Assembly (NCBI GenBank): GCA_002633005.1
Contig: NMRA01000297.1
Location: forward strand, 43,909-107,129
DNA from: Phoronis australis
Taxonomy: Eukaryota > Animalia > Phoronida
Length of the DNA stretch: 63,221 nucleotides
Reading direction: 5' to 3'
Within the stretch, counting starts at the first letter, position 1, and every line of letters starts with the position of its first letter. The notes under the pieces were generated by a model, which saw nothing but the letters and a program-made list of their open reading frames with translations, ran no database searches and was not told the origin of the DNA. Positions 51,401 through 60,400 of this stretch are shown piece after piece. The translations under genes were made by a program, and so were the position numbers.

Positions 51401-54400
51401 TTTTAAATGGATTTGACACATTTTTCTTCACCTAGTATCCATTTTCACGGTTTGTAACGTCTGCGCTCCCCTGTATACAGCTAAACCACCACAAGGATGG
51501 TTATGAAAATTGATAGAAATATGCTCTTACATTGAAGAGGACAGCTGATGATGATTTTCAGATGGCTTCGACTACAGTGGCTCTTCCTTGTGGCAATTGT
51601 GTTGTCTTTGCATGACTATATCTCCTAAACCATATGCAGAATCTTAATTGTTAAATTTAGGAAGTGATATATATAAAGGTGGCAACAAGTGATGACTTTT
51701 GGACGGATCCAGCAACCAGTATGCCCTCTAGTGGCCATTTTATTTTTTCCGTTTTGCTCTTTTTGTTTAGAGTTTGTTGAGGGATTTTTATGAAATTTGG
51801 TATTTCATTAAAGAGGCGATGACTTTTTTCCATTTTCAGATGGATTTGATGCAGTGCACACCTCGTAGTGGTCATTATTATTATTCTTGAGCCCATTTTT
51901 TGCGTCTGCCTACCTGTCGGCCAAACAACTCTTACAATGATTAATGAAAATTGACAAGCTTCTTGGTATGAAAAGAACATGTGACACTGATATTTTGGAC
52001 GGTACCAACTACTGTGGCGCATCCTAGTGCCAATTTTGTTTTTGTAGTGTCTGTGGCTGTATCTTCTAATTTAAAACCTTCTGCGGTATTGTTGAATTTG
52101 GCAAGTGTATATGAAGGTGGCAATACATGATGACAACGTTTGAACGGATCCTATTCCTGCTGTTCCCATTGTGGCAATTCATTTTTCTCCGTTTTCATCG
52201 TTTCTTTGTAGCTCCTTTGAACTTTCTATTGGCAAATAGGGCTATGGCACCTTTTTGTTTTGAGATGGATTTGGCATAGTGTACGCTTCCTAGTAGATGT
52301 TTTTTTGTTATGTTTTAGTCTATCCATTTCTCTATTGGCCAAAAGCACTCTGTTATGGAAATTTGGTAAATGTGTTCACAGGTGAAGAGCCCCATAGTGG
52401 CAGTGCTGCACACAGTGGGCACCTATCTATTTGCTCCATGTTGCTTTTGTTTAGATACTACTAAGTATTACGTTACTTATTCATTTCTATGTGTTTCTGA
52501 TAAAATTTGATATTTACTTTCTTGACAGGTTTTAATAGTTAGTACTGTAGTTACACTTGAAAGTGTTCCTAGCACTAGTCGTATTGACCATTTGAACTTT
52601 TGATGGGAAACATTCTCCTCTGACTGCTGCACTTTTTATCTGTGGCCAGCACAAGCTTTGCACTACATTGTGTTGTCACTTTCAAGAGTTGAGTTGTTTG
52701 TTTATTACATGTAACTTGTTAATGTAGCTTAGTGTTAATGTTTAAAGCATCTTCTAATAGTTACCCTGATTAGATTCTTTGGTTGATTACCTGCTTTTTC
52801 AGCCTATTGTTGACTGATAGAATATGTCAGTTTGTTTGATGTATAGGTCTTCATTGAAACAAGTTAAGAAACAAAGTATCAACACCTTCTTTGTATTGGC
52901 ATTTGTATTGATTTGATTGTAGGAGCTCAGTATGGTGGTGCATGTGACCTGTTGTACAGCCAGTTTGAATTACACAGCCGTGAACAAAAGGTGGCCCAGA
53001 TTGTTATGTTAAAGGTATGGATGCTTACAAACTTGACACTATATATTAACTAACAACAATGAATAATGGCATGCTCAAATAAAACATTCTGTCTCAATCA
53101 AGGAACTGGCTTAAAGGCGAAGGCAACCTTTTTTCATGTCATTTTTAGCAAAAATAAGGTGCGTTGATTATCCCAGACATATTTTTCACTTATTTACTGC
53201 CTTTCGTAATTTAATTAATTACTCGTCGTCTACTCCGGAAGTGACGTTTTGGGAGGCAAGAATTTCGCGCCAATTTCTTTTCATATAGTCCAACTGTGAC
53301 TCAGAGCAGTCGAGTCAGTCCTTGTTCTACCTCGGTTGTGATAAGTTCGGTCGTCGTTTGCTTTTGCTTATGAGTCGGTCAACATGCCACGCTGTTGCTG
53401 CGTACTGGTGTGTACTCATTATCGTCTCACGTACAGAGGAAGAACTGTCCCACTTGCCTGAGTGTCCCGCGACACACTCCCACTGGAGGGTGATCTGATC
53501 ACCCAAACTGCTTACATCCCGCCGTGTGACTCCCTCGCCACACACCTGGCACCTTCTAAATAGCTCCAATACAAGTCCACAATAAACTTATCAAACTTAG
53601 GCTCACCGATCTGTTCATTGGATGACGAACTGTCCTCTTCACTGGGTGTCGAACTGGGCCTGTATTCACTCCCACTACTCAACATCGCTGCAGGGCTGCT
53701 TACAGGCTCTGGGCTAGAGACAACAGTGAAGTGTGTCATCCTTCGGAAAGAGACGCAAGGTACCCAAAGCGCGTGTGCGACGATACTGAGTACATCCCGG
53801 CACGCAGCAACAGCGTGGCATGTTTACTAACTTGTAAACAAAAGCAAACAACAAACGAACTTATCACAATCGAGGTAGAACAATGACTGACTCGACAGCT
53901 CTCACAGTCAGACTATAATGAAAAGAAATTGGCGCGAAACTCTTCCCTCCCAAAACGTCTCTTCCGGAGTAGAGGACGAGAAATTAATCAAATTACGAAA
54001 AGCTGTAATTAAGTGAAAAATGTGTATGGGATAATCAACGAACCTTATTTTTTCTAAAAGTGACATGAAAAAAGGTTGCCTTCGCTTTTAAATGTCAATT
54101 TCTTGTCTTAGGAAAGATCATAACCAAGGTCTATCCCCTGTTAGAAATGCAAATTATACGATAAGTGTCTGGTCAAACTGTTTATTGACTGTGAAGTGCT
54201 TTTCAGCTTAGATGAAAATGTACTCCTTCAAAACAAAATTCTGTTTTTTCTGAATGCGGTTTCACTGAGATAGTTAAGATTATGTGGTACCTTATCGATA
54301 AATCTGTACATTTTGCCAAATATATTCGAAAACACGTGATGATTAAATTGATAGTTACGCAATCGAATTTCATTAATTTGAAACAAATCTGTTGTTAACT

Positions 54401-57400
54401 CTTTCTTTGTCAAGCGTGCCTTCCGATGAGTTAACAATACACTGCCTGTTTGTTTGAAGAGTTAGGTGCTTGCCTATTGGTGACAGGTTAATTAATCCTA
54501 CCTTTAATTGGAGTAAACTCAATTTAACCCTTATCCTGCTAAGCCTCTATTCAGACAACTTTCCCTGTGTGCTGAGCTAAGTGGTCACCACTGCTGCTGT
54601 GCACTGGGCTGTTACGAAGGTCACTCAGATTAATGACCTAACATTTTTAAATTGGAAATTTGAAGGGGTAATGTCAAATTCACATAAAAGTTGTCTGCAC
54701 AAAAGTTGTTCAGAATTTAATGGAGATTTTCACCATATACATTTCTTTACCATAGCCTTTGCTGTAAATAATTCTATAAACTTTCAATCTGGACACCCTT
54801 TGTTTTTATATGTTTTTGCCATGAGAACATTATAGCTGCCACTCAAAAACCGTAATAAGTATTTTTAAAAGGGAATTCATGGGACTTGCATATTTAATAA
54901 AGCAGATTTGTAGTCTGTAACATCACATCTACAAACAAGAAATGTACAATAAATAACATAACTCAACTTTGCACGGTAACAAATTCATGACTGGTGCAGT
55001 CGCTTGCTAAAGTCTGTTTTGAAGTTTACCTTGGTGTGCAAAAACATGAGTGGGGACACAAAGCTATTCTGTCAAAAAATCACAAAAATATCTAGTTCTG
55101 AATGAGTTCCATCATGAGGCTCTGTATTATGCGTGAAGGGCGTGAGCCAATCATCGTCGTAGGCCCGTCCAAGTTCAGCTTCAGGGACCGTTAACTCCTC
55201 CAAAATTGCACTGAGATCCGAATCGATAGAATCTGCATTACTTGTGACTGTTGTATCAGTTTCCCAGTCACTGTCACCGTAACTTTCGAGTGCCAATTCC
55301 AGCTTGTTTTGACTATCTGAGTCCATGAACACTTCCTCAAGAAACTAGTCAACAGTCATCCTACCATGTTTGGCACCAGCCAAGATAAAACTTGTGTAAA
55401 CTTTCAAATATCTCGGCAAAAACTCGCCACAGCCATATGTTGTAAATCAGAAAAATGTACAGGAAACTATGAACTGTGGAATGCGCATGCTCACATATAT
55501 AAATAGCATACGGGGCTTCCACAATTTCTGAATGAAATACACCAGTGTCCTGGGGTGAGTACACCCTCCTTGCGCAGTCTAGGCGTAGCTTATTATAGGC
55601 GATTGAGTACACCCAACGCATTTTAAAAGGATAATTGGCTTGTTGGCTGACCTCGCCTAGTGCAGGTAAGGGTTAAGAACAATAGGCATACTGTTTTACC
55701 AACTCTTTATTGACAAGAATAGTAGAGGTTTTCTTCCCATTGTTTTAAAGAAATTTCTAGTTGTTCGCCTATCTGTCCAATTATGGTTGATGCATTGGGC
55801 TCTTAACTGTCCATTGGTGATTTTTAATTGACTCACATTTAAAATTTTTCTCTCAAGAAACTTGCTCTTCAGATGGCATGCTTGTATTGCCCTAGTTGAC
55901 ATAGCTAAATAAATGAGAACCAGCATTCATCTAGTGTGAATTAAAAGTACTAACAATTGCATTCCATCAGGAGGAGTTGAAAGTACCAATCATGGCTATG
56001 AAGTGAACTGCATCCCACCTGGGGAGTTGAAAGTTGTCCTCTTGGGCTTCTGAGACAATGATATGCAATCGCCCAAATGAACTCAATGGTCTATGCTTTC
56101 CTTTTCACTCAAAAGTCTCATGCCGAGTTATTTTTGAAAGCACTCTCCAGGCTGATCTGCTTTTCAGATATCTTGTGAATACAAAACAGTCATGCTATAT
56201 TTCCACATTGATTTTGTATATTTCTGTGATTTTTTGGTGGGATAACTTTGTTACATCAAACAAACAACAAAAATTAAAACAAGCCTTGAAATTGCATTTT
56301 CAAAACTACCACAGTTTCACAGGTTCGCTACTGATTTTTGAAAGGGTAGTTACCCTAAAAAGCTTTTGATTTTGCTCTCCTGCCAGCCCTGGGTATAGTT
56401 CATTACCATGAATATACCAATTATGGGACATACTTCATATGAATCATGAATCAACGAGACATGAGACACTGTTACAGTTAGTTCATAATGAATTATGTGA
56501 ATCAGCTAGGAATGGTGTAATTCACATGAACCATGAATCAACCAGGCATGGGTGTAATTCATATGAATCATGAATCAACAAGACACGGGACAGTGTAGTT
56601 CATATGAATCAGCTAGGAATGGTGTAGTAAATATGAACCGTAAATCAACCAGGCATGGGACGGTGTACTTATTATGAACTGTAAATCCACTAGGCATGAG
56701 ACAGTGAGTGTAGTTCATATGAATCGTGATTCAACCAGGGATGGGTGTAGTTCATATTAACTGTGAATCAACAAGCCATCTGTGAGTCAACTTGCAAAAG
56801 TGTTTGATCTACGAAATAAAATGTTAAGCTCTGATAACATGATTGACTCTTTTCAGGATGCCATCCACCGGATCAAAGAGCACTTCAACAAGGAGTTTGA
56901 TGATGTTTATGCCAAAAAAGAGCAGGAGATATCAAAGATTGCTGATCGCAATAAGCGTATCCGTAAAATCTTGGCTGATCTTGACCTTACTGAGGAAGTC
57001 AGCGATCCAGAAATGAGCTTGATAGAGAAACCAGAGAGACTGTTAGTGGTGGAAGATCATGAGGTGAGGCAGAAAACAGGTTGTCAGATGCCTGATGTTT
57101 CTTGTGATGAATATAACCATAAGCATTGAATTATTTAGTCGAGAATTTCTTATTAAAAATTTTAAAGTCCCGTATTGAACCAACAAAGTCTTAATTAACA
57201 TGTGGAGAATTTCTCGCCTACACTGCTGGAGACCACTTAGATTCCATTTGCCCTTAGTCAACTTTTTATGCCTATTCAGCATGCCCTTCCTATTCAAGCT
57301 AATGAAGCAGAAAGATAATCCCTAATACACCAATAGAAATCACCGTGTTTTTCTCTGACATTTGCTTCGTGTTATAGCCCTAAATGTCGAAAGTGTAGGT

Positions 57401-60400
57401 TGGATGATATTTTAGATATTACAAATACTGTTTGTCATTTTATTTGTCTACTTTAATATTAACTGATTTGTTTTCTGCAGGAGTGCTATCTTTTAATTTT
57501 TTAACCTTGAAGGAGAATGCCTCCAAAAAAACTGCATATTTTGTTTTTATTTAGATCGAGTAGTTCCACTCTATAGCAGCAAGTTCTGTAGTTCTTTTAC
57601 CTAACACCAGATGTCAGACGGATGTGTTGAAATTAAAATATGATGTCACAGGCTCTGACACTGCTCAGCTGTTCCCAAGACGCTTACTGGTGTCAGCTTA
57701 TTGCTTGAATTCATCATTTTATGCCAATGATTTAAAGAAATGAGTCGGTTTTATTTCGCTATTACGAATTTTTAGAATTTTTGAATTTACCATAGCTTAC
57801 AAAGTGCGGTAGGCCAAGTGACCGAGGTTGGTCGCAGGAAGTTTGGAGTCTGTGAAATACAGGCAGGAGAGATAGCCGTGTGTTTTAATTTTAGACTTGC
57901 GAATTATCTCTGTTCTAAACACAAAACAATCGTTATTACCCAGTGGCTCGGAACCTGATCACGCCTATCAAATGTATACCAGTCGAGTTAGTCAGCTGTG
58001 AAAGTTGAAAACTCAACTTCCTGTAATGTAAAGACTAGAATTAGTGAACCAAAGAAATAACATGCACATGAATATTTTGGTGAGTTAACCGTGAAATTGC
58101 AAAAAATTAATCTACTTACTCTTCAGGGGCCACAAAGCCAAGTTCCCCTTGGCACAGAACCTTACTAGGAAAATGTCTACAATAACAATGAATTGAATAA
58201 TGCATAGTTTATAAAAATTCCTCTAACATCTGACCATAGCATGTAGAATCGAGTACAGTAATCTGTTTCACAACAGCTTTCTGTCGGCAAACACTAAATT
58301 AGCATGCTCTCGCACAGCTGCGTTCAGTTAGTTTTATCATCTGAAGCCAGTAAGGTTGTATGATTTATTCATACTATAATTGATTCCTCAAAACAGTTGT
58401 ACTCAAGAACAATCCCAAGACATTACAAATTGTATCTACTGAGACAGACTTTGTCACTTTGTTTCAGTTTTATTACATTGGTTATGGTGAGAATAATTTA
58501 TTTTGAAGCAGAACAACACTGGCCTGTTATTGGTATTTACGGCGTACTTTTCGTTTTTTAATGCCGTAACCACTTTTGGCTTCTCGAGGAAATCGGAACA
58601 AAAAACGAAATACCCACTTTCCTCACAGCTTCATGGTTCGCACAAGTGGGAACGATATACCACACTATAGCGGCATACACTCAGCTGGAGATCCACTGAT
58701 GTCGCTGTGTTCTCACCTTCCTCACAGGTTAACGCGACACCTTTTGGCGATGTAAGATTGCCTGTAAACAAGGTGGCATGGATATGGACTGATTAAGAGG
58801 GTAACAAAAACTAATTAAATTGGGTGGCATTCTCCTTTAAGTGCCAAAGAAAGACTAGTGGCATATTTTGATCGCCAACAAAACTTAAAAGTAACCTCTC
58901 GCCCACCGATCCACCTCATCTATAGCTTTTATTTCGTCATTGTCTTCGAAGCTATCCATATTTAGTATTCACACTGTCTCATTGCCAGCTGTTTACCCAA
59001 TTACTCCTGGAATAAAGTAATCTGACATGACTGGCCAATATATGCCATTGACATCTAATTTGGTAACGTGTGTTGTTTCTATTTTTTGTATAGTTTAGTT
59101 ACTAAAAGTTAGAATTAACCATGATTGTTTTATGGTCAACCTTAAAATTTGTAAATCCTTCCAGTATTTCAAGTTACAGCTTCTTGGCTTATCATATTCA
59201 CTGCAGATGTTAATGAAATTCAGAATCTCTGTTTTTTAAGACTTGCTGCCACAGTTTTATTTCACATGATCGTGACCACAACAGCACCATCTGTTGGTGA
59301 TTTCAATTTTATTCTGGTGTTTCTGTCAACTGGCATCATTTTAAAGATTTTGATAAAAATTCTGCAGACTAGTTTTTGATGTGGACTAATGACATTGCCA
59401 GTGGCTTTGGTCCTGGTCGATATCAAAACTGGTACTTAAATGCAGTGTGACTCAATATGAAGTTAAACAAATTTCAATCTTTGTAAATTGCTCTTGAAAT
59501 TAATTGCATTTTTACCATCTGCTATGTTGATAACAGGTGAAAGTGGAGCGCTATCTGACAGCTGAGCAACGCAAAAAACTGGAGGAGGAACAGAAGGCTG
59601 AGGAAGAGCGCCGCCTACGGGAGAAGGGAGACAATGCCAGGGAGCGCGCCCTTGATATGATGATGGGCGGAGTGTTGGAGATTAAGAAAGAAGATGAATT
59701 AAAGAAGGTTGGAGAGATTTATGTTTAATTTGCTACAAATAGTTTTAATTTGTAGTTTTTTTGCTTAAAATGAGGGTTTCAAGTCTTTGTATTTTGAAGT
59801 TGATTTCGAATCTTATCTGTGACAGCAGTCATTTAATACAAAATCCCAGATTTTGAGACCCAGTTTGATGCCCATTATTCAGTGGTTCTCAGAATGCAGG
59901 ACTACTGAAAGTGACTAATTTTTACCTTCCTATAATTAACTTTGTTAACATTTGATCTGTCTGGTCTGTCTCTGCATTGTGGCCCCAATTGTAATAATTA
60001 TCAGTTTTAATATTAAAATTTTGATCTGTTTGCTTTATCTCTGGCTATCGTTATCAGTTTTGTCTGTTTGTTAACATTTGGCATTTTGTTGTGCTTGCTC
60101 TGTCTCTGTAGTGTTGCTTCATTTGAAATTAATTATGAATTTTATCAGCGCTGCTTTGATACATTGATCACTTGAGTTCACTGCCTTCCTGCTGCTACTG
60201 CAGTACTTGTTACTTGTAAATCCATCAAATAAAGTGGTTGCTATGACAGCTGATGTTCCCATGAATTTGTGTTTATTTTGCCGGGAGCTGAATGTCTTGT
60301 GTTTTATAAATGAGTTGGCAACTTTTATTTTCAGGATGTGCCAATCCCAGTTTTTATGCAACAAAAGAAGGCAGAAGACTTCAGTGAAGAAGAGATGAAA

